Source: Pseudomonas aeruginosa (GTDB lineage: Bacteria > Pseudomonadota > Gammaproteobacteria > Pseudomonadales > Pseudomonadaceae). Taken from it: a stretch of DNA of 32,000 bases. Both the position numbers and the translations under genes were made by a program. The notes under the pieces were generated by a model. It was not told the DNA's origin, did no database searches, and saw only the letters and a list, made by a program, of their open reading frames with translations. The DNA lies in the NCBI RefSeq assembly GCF_001457615.1, contig NZ_LN831024.1, positions 60,001-92,000 of the forward strand. Direction: 5' to 3'. Below, piece by piece: positions 1 to 8,101 of this stretch; positions within the stretch are counted from its first letter, which is position 1, and every line of letters starts with the position of its first letter.

Positions 1-570
1 ACCGGGACGGATCGTTCAGGCAAGCCCCAGGAACAGGACCTGCGCCTGAGAATGCGCGGCCTCGACCTGGCCTGACCGGTCGACGGCAGAGACGGACACT
101 CCCAAGGGGTGTCCGTTTTCATTTGCGCCGTACAGCGTCGGGCGCAATGGGCGGCAAGGAGGCCTGCCTGGCTGCCACCGGTTGGTGGCGGACACCGGTG
201 CCCGGCGTCCCACCTCGATCCTGCGAACGAGACGCAGTCAGAATTCTCCGAGTATGCTTCCTGCATAACGAAACGATCGGAATAACTGTGGTAACTTTGC
301 CGCCCACCGAGATGGCCTATTGATGGCTCATACGGTTCGTGCATCGCTTCCCGCACGATTCTTTCGGATTTCCAAGGCCGGCCGGGAGCGCCGGTTGATC
401 GACGCATTCGTATTTCAAGGAAAGAAATCGTGGCCACCCCATTTCGCCCCTCGCCTTGGCGCGCCGCCGTGCCGCCTGGCCTTCCTCGATTTTCACTACG
501 CCCTCTTTTCCGCACACGGGGCGGCTAGAAGCCGCTCCGCGTCGATAGCGTTTTTTTCCAGGAGAACCCC

Positions 571-1257
571 ATGAGTCACAGCGCCAAGAAAGCACTACTG
601 CCGCTCCTCGCCGTCGCCACCCTGGCCGGCCTGGCGGGCTGCGCCACCGAGACCTCCACCGCGTTGCCGGTACAGCAGGTCGAGAGCGTCAACCGACCCT
701 ACAGCGGCGTGCGTTCGCCGATTGCGGTAGGCAAGTTCGACAACCGCTCCAGCTACATGCGCGGGATCTTTTCCGATGGCGTCGACCGCCTCGGCGGCCA
801 GGCCAAGACCATTCTCATCACCCACCTGCAGCAGACCAATCGCTTCAACGTGCTGGACCGCGACAACATGAGCGAGATCCAGCAGGAAGCGGCGATCAAG
901 GGCCAGGCCCAGCGCCTGAAGGGTGCCGACTACGTGGTGACCGGCGATGTCACCGAGTTCGGCCGCAAGGAAGTCGGCGACCGCCAGCTGTTCGGCATCC
1001 TTGGCCGCGGCAAGTCGCAGATCGCCTACGCCAAGGTGGCGCTGAACATCGTCAACATCTCTACCTCGGAGGTCGTCTATTCGACCCAGGGCGCTGGCGA
1101 GTACGCCCTGTCCAACCGCGAGGTGATCGGCTTCGGCGGCACCGCCAGCTACGACTCGACCCTCAACGGCAAGGTTCTCGACCTGGCCATGCGCGAGGCG
1201 GTGAACAAGTTGGTCAACGCGGTCGATAGCGGGGCCTGGAAGCCACAGAACCAATAA
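571..1257 (+). CDS. CsgG-family / curli-assembly-like outer-membrane lipoprotein
   Basis: 228-aa ORF with N-terminal lipobox (LAGLAGCAT), then IAVGKFDNRSSYMRG...FNVLDRDNM...GADYVVTGDVTEF, typical of CsgG/DUF4810-associated lipoproteins. First gene of a tight three-lipoprotein cluster (PA0045-like). Confidence 0.88.
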   Translation: MSHSAKKALLPLLAVATLAGLAGCATETSTALPVQQVESVNRPYSGVRSPIAVGKFDNRSSYMRGIFSDGVDRLGGQAKTILITHLQQTNRFNVLDRDNMSEIQQEAAIKGQAQRLKGADYVVTGDVTEFGRKEVGDRQLFGILGRGKSQIAYAKVALNIVNISTSEVVYSTQGAGEYALSNREVIGFGGTASYDSTLNGKVLDLAMREAVNKLVNAVDSGAWKPQNQ

Positions 1258-1287
1258 TCCACCAGAAACCAGGGAATCACGGCACAC

Positions 1288-1641
1288 ATGAGCAAGACGA
1301 TCACATGGACGGCGGCGCTGCTGGGGAGCATGGCGCTGGCCGGGTGCAGCGGACCGAAGACGCTGTACCAGTGGGAGGGCTACCAGGCCCAGGTCCACGA
1401 ATACTTCAAGGGTGAATCCAAGGAGGCCCAGGCGCAGGCGCTGGAAGCCGACCTCGAGAAGATCCGGGCGAAGAACGGCGCGGTGCCGCCGGGCTACCAC
1501 GCCCAGCTGGGGCTGCTCTATTCCAGCATCGGCAAGGACGACCAGATGGTCCGCGAGTTCGAGACCGAGAAGGCGCTGTTTCCCGAGTCGGCGACCTACA
1601 TGGACTTCCTCCTGAACAACGCCCGTGGAGGTGCCCGTTGA
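1288..1641 (+). CDS. DUF4810-type small lipoprotein
   Basis: 117-aa ORF with lipobox LLGSMALAGCSG and LYQWEGYQAQVHEYFKG; 30 nt after the preceding gene, overlaps the next gene by 4 nt (PA0046-like). Confidence 0.82.
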   Translation: MSKTITWTAALLGSMALAGCSGPKTLYQWEGYQAQVHEYFKGESKEAQAQALEADLEKIRAKNGAVPPGYHAQLGLLYSSIGKDDQMVREFETEKALFPESATYMDFLLNNARGGAR

Positions 1642-2303
1642 AACTCGCCCGACTGTCCGGCCTGGTGGCCGGTTTCACCCTGCTGGCCCTGCTCGGCGGC
1701 TGCGCGCCGACCAAGAGCGTCGATTACTCGGCGTTCAAGCAGGCCAAGCCGCGCTCGATCCTGGTCCTGCCGCCGCTGAACGAGTCGCCCGACGTGAAGG
1801 CGACCTACAGCATGCTCTCGCAGGTCACCTTCCCGCTGGCCGAGGCCGGCTACTACGTGGTGCCGGTGGCGCTGGCCGACGAGACCTTCCGCCAGAACGG
1901 CCTGACCAGCGCCGGCGACGTGCACCAGGTGTCCCCGGCCAAGCTGCGCGAGATCTATGGCGCCGACGCGGCGCTGTACGTCACGGTGAGCGACTACGGC
2001 ACGCGCTACATGGTGATCAGCAGCGCGACCATCGTCACCGCCAGCGCCAAGCTGGTCGACCTGCGATCCGGCACCACCCTGTGGACCGGCTCGGCGACCG
2101 CCTCCAGCGAGGAAGGCAACGGCGGCAACAACGGCGGCCTGGTGGGCATGCTGATCACCGCGGCGGTCAAGCAGATCATCAACAGTTCGGTGGAGGACGC
2201 CGGTTATCCGATCGCCGGGATGACCAGCGCGCGCCTGCTCTCGGCCGGCCAGCCGGGCGGACTGTTGTACGGCCCGCGCTCGCCGAGGTACGGCAGCGAC
2301 TGA
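1638..2303 (+). CDS. DUF799 / GNA1162-like lipoprotein
   Basis: 221-aa ORF with lipobox LLALLGGCAP, then SILVLPPLNESPDVKATYSMLSQVTFPLAEAGYYVVPVALADETFRQNG, characteristic of DUF799 putative lipoproteins (PA0047-like). Confidence 0.87.
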   Translation: MKLARLSGLVAGFTLLALLGGCAPTKSVDYSAFKQAKPRSILVLPPLNESPDVKATYSMLSQVTFPLAEAGYYVVPVALADETFRQNGLTSAGDVHQVSPAKLREIYGADAALYVTVSDYGTRYMVISSATIVTASAKLVDLRSGTTLWTGSATASSEEGNGGNNGGLVGMLITAAVKQIINSSVEDAGYPIAGMTSARLLSAGQPGGLLYGPRSPRYGSD

Positions 2304-2317
2304 GCCGTGCGCCGGGG

Positions 2318-2701
2318 CTACGGGGACGTCTCCGTGGCCTCGGCGCAAGCCGCCGGGAGGGGCTTGGCCGCTGCGTTGCGCTTGGCCATGTACTGGCGGA
2401 TCAGGTCGTCGAGCAACGCCCGGATGGCGCGCCGCTCGTCCAGCCGCAGGCGGCCGATGGCCTCGAACTGCAGGCGCAGGTCTTCCGGTAGCGCCTGCCG
2501 CTCGCTGCGCTCGCAGACCAGCCAGTCGAGGGGCACCGCGAAACGTCCGGCGATGGTTTGCAGCACCACCAGCGACGGGTGCCCGCCCTTGGTTTCGAAG
2601 TGCCGCAACTGGCTCACGGTGACGCCCAATCGCTCGGCCATCTGCCGTTGGGTCAGGGCGTTCTGCTGGCGTAGGCGTAGGAGATTCTGCGCGAAGCTCA
2701 T
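2318..2701 (-). CDS. XRE/Cro-type HTH transcriptional regulator
   Basis: 127-aa ORF; LLRLRQQNALTQRQMAERLGVTVSQLRHFETKGGHPSLVVLQTIAGRFAVPLDWLV is a classic HTH_3 domain (PA0048-like). Convergent with the lipoprotein operon. Confidence 0.88.
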   Translation of the reverse strand: MSFAQNLLRLRQQNALTQRQMAERLGVTVSQLRHFETKGGHPSLVVLQTIAGRFAVPLDWLVCERSERQALPEDLRLQFEAIGRLRLDERRAIRALLDDLIRQYMAKRNAAAKPLPAACAEATETSP

Positions 2702-2982
2702 GGAAAACTCTCCAAGTCAGGGGAAATCCTTGCCACCGCCCCGGTGATGCGGGCGATGGCGGTTGTCTCCATCATCGGCGTTCGCACTCTTCGACTCTGC
2801 CCTACCGTTCCGGCGCGGGCCTGGGAAAGCTCCGGGTGGTGAGTCCGAGGTTTCCCCGCGTGCCGCCTTTGTCGATTCAGTAGAGGCGGAAGCGACGGGC
2901 TACCGTCCCGTTGGCCTGCGTCGGCGGCAGTTCGGCTCCGCGGCGAAGCGATAGATCGCGAGGGCCTTACGCCTGGCGAGGA

Positions 2983-4644
2983 CTAGTCCGCTTGCGCCCC
3001 CTGCGCCAGGGCGTTGCCGACGCCCACCAGCAGCGCCCGGGTCTGCGCCACGATGGCGCTGCGGTAGGCCTCGTAGCGGGCGTCGCTGATGGCGTTGTCG
3101 TTGCGCGCGCCGCCGCCGCTCGCCGGTACGCCGGTGTAGTAGTTGTTCATCACCGGGACATGGATGTGCCCGGCGGGAATCTCCAGGCGGAACGCGTCGC
3201 GCAGCACCGTGTTGCGGTAGGCGCTCTCGTTGGACAGGTAGTCGCCGCCACCGCCGTTGCGCGCGCAGATCCGTCGGTTCGGCGGGAGCACCAGGGAGGG
3301 ATCGGGCATGGCGTTCATCACCCCGTTGGTCGGCACGTTTTCGGTGCGCGGGTTGGCGCAATCGGGGAAGAAGTCGTAGTTGGTGTGCCAGGTGACGTCG
3401 AAGCCTTCCGCGGCCTGGCTGGTAGCGCCCGGCGGCCGCTCGATGCCGCGCCAGGTATCGGCGGCGAGCAACTGGCGGACCGGCAGCGAGGCCTTGGAGA
3501 ACTGTGCCGGCAGGTTCTGCCGCCAGCGGCTGGCGCTGTCGTAGCCGAGCCAGCGGCGCGGCGGGTTGATATTGCAGCCGGAGCCCCGCAGGGAAATCGG
3601 CGCGGTGCCGGGATTGGTCACGCTGCCCAGGGGAAGCACGTAGTTGGGCAAAGCGCTGTCGGCGGGGCAGTAGACGATGCCGTCGTTGCCGGCGGAGGAG
3701 CCGTGGAAGCGGCCGTTCCAGGCCTCCAGCCAGAACTGGTTGGCGCCGCCCTGGCTGATGGTGATGGAGGCGTCGACCCGGCGCGGGCCTGGGCGGAACC
3801 AGGGGCCCAGGGTGTCTTCCTGCATGCCGCGGTTGAACGGGTCGTAGCTGACCGGCAACAGGTAGGCCTCGATACGCAGCAGGCTGCCGTCGGCCAGCCT
3901 GAACTCGCGGCCGTCCAGCGCAAGGGCGGTGGCGCCCGAGGGGTTGCCGTTGCGCAGGCCGGTGTTCGCCGTCCCGGGAGTGCCCAGGGTGAAGACGTCG
4001 AAGCCGCTGATGATCATCCGCCGGTAGCGCGAGCCGTCGGCGGCGTAGCGGCGCGGCAGGTCGATGTCCAGCTGTCCGCGCGAGGCGCGTTCGAAGCGCC
4101 ATTGCAGCGCCTGGGCCTGGGCCTTGCCGAGGTGGAAGGATGGCGCCCACTGGCGCAGGGTGCGGGTCATGTAGAGGCGCGTCCAGTAGAGCATACGGTC
4201 ATCGCTGGCCGGCAGCGCGCCGGCGGGAATGGCGCGGCGCCCCTGGGCCCGGTCGACGGCGGCGCGCCACAGCGCGCGGCCCTCTTCGGTGACCAGCTTC
4301 AGTGCCTTGGCGTAGCTGGTGACCGGGGTGCGGCCGTCGGCGGCGCACAGGCGCTTGGCGAAGGCCGGTTCGAAGCCGTCGAAGCCGGCGCCCTTGACGA
4401 TGCGCTCGGCCAGCGGCGTCTGGTCGTGGGTGACGACGTTGGCGCCGCTGAACGGCAGCGGCGTGTCGAGCCGGCGCTCCTCGTAGGACAACGCTGCCTC
4501 GCGGTCCCAGGAACAGGCGACGCTGGGCGGCGTGCGGGCGCCGGCGAGGTCGCCGTTGGCGGCCCAGCCGGCGCCGGGCAGCAGGGCCGCCGAGACGGCC
4601 AGGGCGAAGAGGGAGTATCGGCTTGCGTGACGGGCGTAGCGCAT
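2983..4644 (-). CDS. Secreted protein with similarity to the pyroglutamyl-peptidase I (C15) fold
   Basis: ORF called 2983..4947; the best start is ATG at 4644, preceded by AGGAG (gaacaggagtccacccgATG), giving 553 aa with a Sec signal peptide (MRYARHASRYSLFALAVSAALLPGAGWA). Contains Pcp-like segments MIISGFDVF...NPSGATALALDG, ITISQGGANQFWLEAWN, GGDYLSNESAYRNTVL and PAGHIHVPV. Confidence 0.7.
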   Translation of the reverse strand: MRYARHASRYSLFALAVSAALLPGAGWAANGDLAGARTPPSVACSWDREAALSYEERRLDTPLPFSGANVVTHDQTPLAERIVKGAGFDGFEPAFAKRLCAADGRTPVTSYAKALKLVTEEGRALWRAAVDRAQGRRAIPAGALPASDDRMLYWTRLYMTRTLRQWAPSFHLGKAQAQALQWRFERASRGQLDIDLPRRYAADGSRYRRMIISGFDVFTLGTPGTANTGLRNGNPSGATALALDGREFRLADGSLLRIEAYLLPVSYDPFNRGMQEDTLGPWFRPGPRRVDASITISQGGANQFWLEAWNGRFHGSSAGNDGIVYCPADSALPNYVLPLGSVTNPGTAPISLRGSGCNINPPRRWLGYDSASRWRQNLPAQFSKASLPVRQLLAADTWRGIERPPGATSQAAEGFDVTWHTNYDFFPDCANPRTENVPTNGVMNAMPDPSLVLPPNRRICARNGGGGDYLSNESAYRNTVLRDAFRLEIPAGHIHVPVMNNYYTGVPASGGGARNDNAISDARYEAYRSAIVAQTRALLVGVGNALAQGAQAD

Positions 4645-5255
4645 CGGGTGGACTCCTGTTCTTGTTCGGTTCATGGGTCGATCGGTGCGGCGGGCGGAGC
4701 GCGGGCGAGCGGCGCCCGCCGGCGGCGCGGGGGCCGGGGCCGACGCAAGGTGCGTCGCGGGTTGCTGCGGTGGCGGACGGGAGGGCGGTGCTAGGGGGCG
4801 CGTGTCGCCGGTAGACGGAGGCGCGCGGAGGGAGGGTTGCGGGACGACGCGGAGGCGTCTGGGAAAGTCAGGTCCTTTGCCATGGATGCACCGATCGTTG
4901 TTCTTGCTGTTGTGGGGCGTCGGTGGGTGCACGGCCGGACTTCGCACCCGTGCGGCATTCTTGGAGGCGCCGGCGCGGGGCGTCCAACGAATTTATGTGG
5001 CCGCCGGGGATAGGAAAAGTTGATGGCGAACCGGTGCCGAAGCCCCCTGCCCCGGTACTTTCGCTGGCGCTGCGGCAATCCACCGCACTGGCGCGTTCGC
5101 TCGGGCCGGTCTTTGCTCTCCGGGGTCCGGCGGCTCGCCGGCGAGTCTTGCGGTGCGCCGCGAGCGGACGGGCGTTCGGTCCTTCTGCAGGCAAATGCCC
5201 TTGTTTTCGGAGAAGGACACGGATCGTTGATCGCTGTTTCGACCAAGGAGGTCAG

Positions 5256-5396
5256 ATGAAAAGGAAGATGCTGGCGGCTTCGCTGCTGCTGTGGATGTTC
5301 TCGCTGACGGCGCAGGCGGACTGCGCGGTGCTCGGGCCGGGGGAAGATCCCTGCGCGGGCCCGGTGCTGGGACCGACCGTCTGCGAGTGCCCGTGA
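5256..5396 (+). CDS. Cys-rich small secreted peptide precursor, copy 1 (46 aa)
   Basis: Manually translated: MKRKMLAASLLLWMFSLTAQA|DCAVLGPGEDPCAGPVLGPTVCECP*. Strong RBS AAGGAGG 5-10 nt upstream, typical Sec signal peptide with AQA cleavage motif. The six-frame track shows only a longer overlapping frame ending at 5396. Confidence 0.75.
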   Translation: MKRKMLAASLLLWMFSLTAQADCAVLGPGEDPCAGPVLGPTVCECP

Positions 5397-5457
5397 TGAC
5401 CGACTGTACCCTCGACCAGGGACAGGGAGCGTTCGATTACCAACCAGGAGGTTGCAA

Positions 5458-5595
5458 ATGAAGAAAGTACTGTTGGCTGTGTTCCTGCTCTGTGGCTTCT
5501 CTCTTACCGCCCAGGCCGCGTGCCCGGTTTTCGGCCCGTCCGAGGACCCGTGCAGCGGGCCGGTGTTCGGTCCGTCGACCTGCGAATGCCCTTGA
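5458..5595 (+). CDS. Cys-rich small secreted peptide precursor, copy 2 (45 aa)
   Basis: Manually translated: MKKVLLAVFLLCGFSLTAQA|ACPVFGPSEDPCSGPVFGPSTCECP*. RBS AGGAGG upstream. Absent from the supplied ORF track (shorter than 60 aa). Tandem paralog of copy 1. Confidence 0.78.
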   Translation: MKKVLLAVFLLCGFSLTAQAACPVFGPSEDPCSGPVFGPSTCECP

Positions 5596-5608
5596 GGTAG
5601 GTCGTCTG

Positions 5609-5632
5609 GCGGGCCCGGTGCAGCGGGCCCGC
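5609..5632 (+). terminator. Strong GC hairpin downstream of the tandem peptides
   Basis: Perfect 9-bp arms GCGGGCCCG-gtgcag-CGGGCCCGC, 14 nt after the copy 2 stop. Only a weak T tract (ttcc) follows. Confidence 0.5.
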
Positions 5633-5979
5633 TTCCGGATGGATCGCTCGAAGTTGCCTGCTTTAATTCTCCATTCCCCGCGCCGCCCTACTTTTCCCGC
5701 TCGTCCATCGTCGCGTCGAACGTTGCCACGAAATCAGCGTCGGTGGACAACTCTTATATTCAATAGTTGTACGATCTGAGTTTGTTGTAGTCATTTGCTT
5801 AGTTGGCTATCCATATGATTGCCGTAAAGCAATTATAAGTTTAATTGGATTAGCTTTCTAAGTCTTTGGAAAGAGCCGTGAACGACCCTGTAATATCTGG
5901 TTGTAGAGCCGCGTAATGATGTTTCAGGATGTTTCATTAATTTTGTAGATTATTGTTTTTCCTTTGTTTTTTTAAAAAC

Positions 5980-5999
5980 AGCTACCAGATTTAGATAGA
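5980..5999. promoter_or_regulatory. Possible degenerate las/rhl-type quorum-sensing box upstream of phzH
   Basis: agCTACCAGATTTAGATAGat resembles the phzA1 box ACCTACCAGATCTTGTAGTT in the 5' half; the spacing to the 3' AG is off by one. Confidence 0.3.
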
Positions 6000-6217
6000 T
6001 ATTAATTAACTCGGCCACGTTTTTTCCTGTTCTATCATTGGCCTTCCTTGGGCGCAGGCCTGCCGAAACTGCTTATCTTCAGGTCCTCGAAAAGTTCATA
6101 CATCGACCGCCTTGGGCGAAGCATTCGTACGCCGGCAATCTGGCCGGCCGCACGGATGTTTTCAGCATGTTCTCTGGATGAATTTCCCGATAAAACATCA
6201 ATTAGAGGAGTTTCCCT

Positions 6218-8050
6218 ATGTGCGGTCTCGCGGGTTGGGTGGATTACACGCGCAAGCTCGACGACGAATTTCCGGCGATCTTCGCCATGACCGATACGCT
6301 CGCCTTGCGTGGGCCGGATGCCGAGGGCATCTGGAAGCACCGCAACGCCCTGCTGGGTCACCGGCGGCTGGCGGTCATCGACCTCAGCGGCGGCGTGCAG
6401 CCGATGTCCTATCGCTTTCCCACCGGCCAGGAGGTCACCCTCGTCTACACCGGCGAGGTGTACAACCACGATGCCCTGCGCGAGCGGTTGCGCCGGGCCG
6501 GACACGAGTTCCGCACCCGCAGCGATACCGAGGTGGTCCTGCACGCCTATCTGCAATGGGGCGAGCGTTGTTGCGAGTACCTGACCGGGATGTTCGCCTT
6601 CGCCGTCTTCGATGGCCGCGACGGCCACCTGCTGCTGGTGCGCGACCGCTTGGGCATCAAGCCGCTGTATTACGCGCGGCACCGCGAGGGACTGCTGTTC
6701 GGCTCGGAGATCAAGTCCATCCTGGCGCATCCGGAATTCGCCGCCAGGCTCGACGCGGTCGGCCTGGCCGACCTCCTGACGCTGTCCCGGGGCACTTCGC
6801 AGACGCCGTTCCGCGAGGTCCAGGAACTGCTGCCCGGCCACCTGCTGTCCTGGCGTCCCAATTCCCAGGCGAAGTTGCGCCGCTACTGGGAGGTGCGCCG
6901 CCAGGAGCATGCCGACGACCTGCAGAGCACCGTGCAGCGCACCCGCGAACTGGTCACCCGCGCCCTGGGGTCGCAATTGCACGCCGACGTTCCGGTGTGT
7001 TCGCTGCTATCGGGTGGGCTCGATTCGACCGCCCTGACCGGCATCGCCCAGCGCATCGCGAAGGCGGAGCACGGCGGCGACATCAATTCATTCTCGGTGG
7101 ACTTCGTCGGTCAGGCCGAGCAGTTCCGCAGCGACGACCTGCGTCCCGACCAGGACCAGCCGTTCGCCCTGCTGGCCGCGCAGTACATCGGCAGCCGTCA
7201 TCGCACCGTGCTCATCGACAATGCCGAACTGGTCTGCGAACGAGCGCGCGAAGAGGTATTCCGGGCCAAGGACGTACCTTTCACCTTCGGCGACATGGAT
7301 ACCTCGCTGCACCTGATGTTCGGCGAGATCCGCCGGCATTCCACGGTGGCCATCTCCGGCGAAGGCGCCGACGAGCTGTTCGGTGGCTACGGCTGGTTCC
7401 GCGATCCGCAGGCGGTGGCTGCGGCGCGCTTCCCCTGGGCCTCCAGGGTGCGCTTGCCGGCCGGCTTCATCGACGCCGGTTTCAACCGCCGCTGCGATCT
7501 CCTCCAGTACCAGCAGGCCAGCTACGACGAAGGGCTGCGCCAGGTCGAACACCTGGCCGGCGACAGCCCGGAGGAGCGGCGGATGCGCGAGTTCAGCCAC
7601 CTGCACCTGAAGCGCTGGATGGTGCTGCTGCTCGAACGCAAGGATCGCCTGAGCATGTGCAACGGCCTGGAGGTGCGGGTGCCCTACACCGACCATGAGC
7701 TGGTGGAGTACGTCTACAACGTGCCCTGGTCGATCAAGAGCCGGGACGGCGAGGAGAAGTGGCTGCTCAAGCGGGCCTGCGCCGACTATGTCCCGGAAGC
7801 CGTGCTCAAGCGCCGCAAGAGCCCTTATCCGACTTCTGCCAACCTCGGCTACGAGCGTTTCCTGCGCGGGAGCGTGCGGCGCTTGCTGGAGGACGCGGCG
7901 AACCCGGTGTTCGGCATCGTTTCGCGGGAGTTCCTGGCCGCCGAACTGGAGCATCCGGAGGGGTACTTCAACACCCAGGTGAGCCGCCACAACCTGGAGA
8001 CCGCGCTGGCGCTGGAAGGCTGGCTCAGGTTGTACGGGCTCTCCGCCTGA
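6218..8050 (+). CDS. phzH: PhzH, glutamine-dependent asparagine synthetase-like phenazine-modifying enzyme (PCA to phenazine-1-carboxamide)
   Basis: 610-aa ORF starting MCGLAGWVDYTRKL (class II glutamine amidotransferase, Cys2), PP-loop SGGLDSTAL, and YVPEAVLKRRKSPYPTSAN asparagine synthetase C-terminal motif. Recognised as P. aeruginosa PhzH (PA0051). Confidence 0.95.
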   Translation: MCGLAGWVDYTRKLDDEFPAIFAMTDTLALRGPDAEGIWKHRNALLGHRRLAVIDLSGGVQPMSYRFPTGQEVTLVYTGEVYNHDALRERLRRAGHEFRTRSDTEVVLHAYLQWGERCCEYLTGMFAFAVFDGRDGHLLLVRDRLGIKPLYYARHREGLLFGSEIKSILAHPEFAARLDAVGLADLLTLSRGTSQTPFREVQELLPGHLLSWRPNSQAKLRRYWEVRRQEHADDLQSTVQRTRELVTRALGSQLHADVPVCSLLSGGLDSTALTGIAQRIAKAEHGGDINSFSVDFVGQAEQFRSDDLRPDQDQPFALLAAQYIGSRHRTVLIDNAELVCERAREEVFRAKDVPFTFGDMDTSLHLMFGEIRRHSTVAISGEGADELFGGYGWFRDPQAVAAARFPWASRVRLPAGFIDAGFNRRCDLLQYQQASYDEGLRQVEHLAGDSPEERRMREFSHLHLKRWMVLLLERKDRLSMCNGLEVRVPYTDHELVEYVYNVPWSIKSRDGEEKWLLKRACADYVPEAVLKRRKSPYPTSANLGYERFLRGSVRRLLEDAANPVFGIVSREFLAAELEHPEGYFNTQVSRHNLETALALEGWLRLYGLSA

Positions 8051-8101
8051 GCGTGATGCGGGGCGTGGCGGCCCGGGCTGCTGTCCGGCCCGCCGGCGTC
8101 T

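Noticed and set aside
16-323. Small overlapping ORFs at the left edge
   Set aside because: No RBS or domain support on either strand; probably intergenic sequence left of the lipoprotein operon.
595-1500. 301-aa minus-strand ORF antisense to the CsgG-like gene
   Set aside because: Shadow ORF typical of high-GC coding DNA; low-complexity H/R/A-rich translation and no recognisable domains.
2763-2954. 63-aa plus-strand ORF MSPSSAFALFDSALPFRRG...
   Set aside because: It may correspond to an annotated hypothetical in reference genomes, but I see no domain or compelling coding signal, so it is not reported as a feature.
4645-4947. N-terminal extension of the Pcp-like ORF up to 4947
   Set aside because: The signal peptide and a good AGGAG RBS sit at 4644; the upstream residues are Pro/Arg-rich without coding character.
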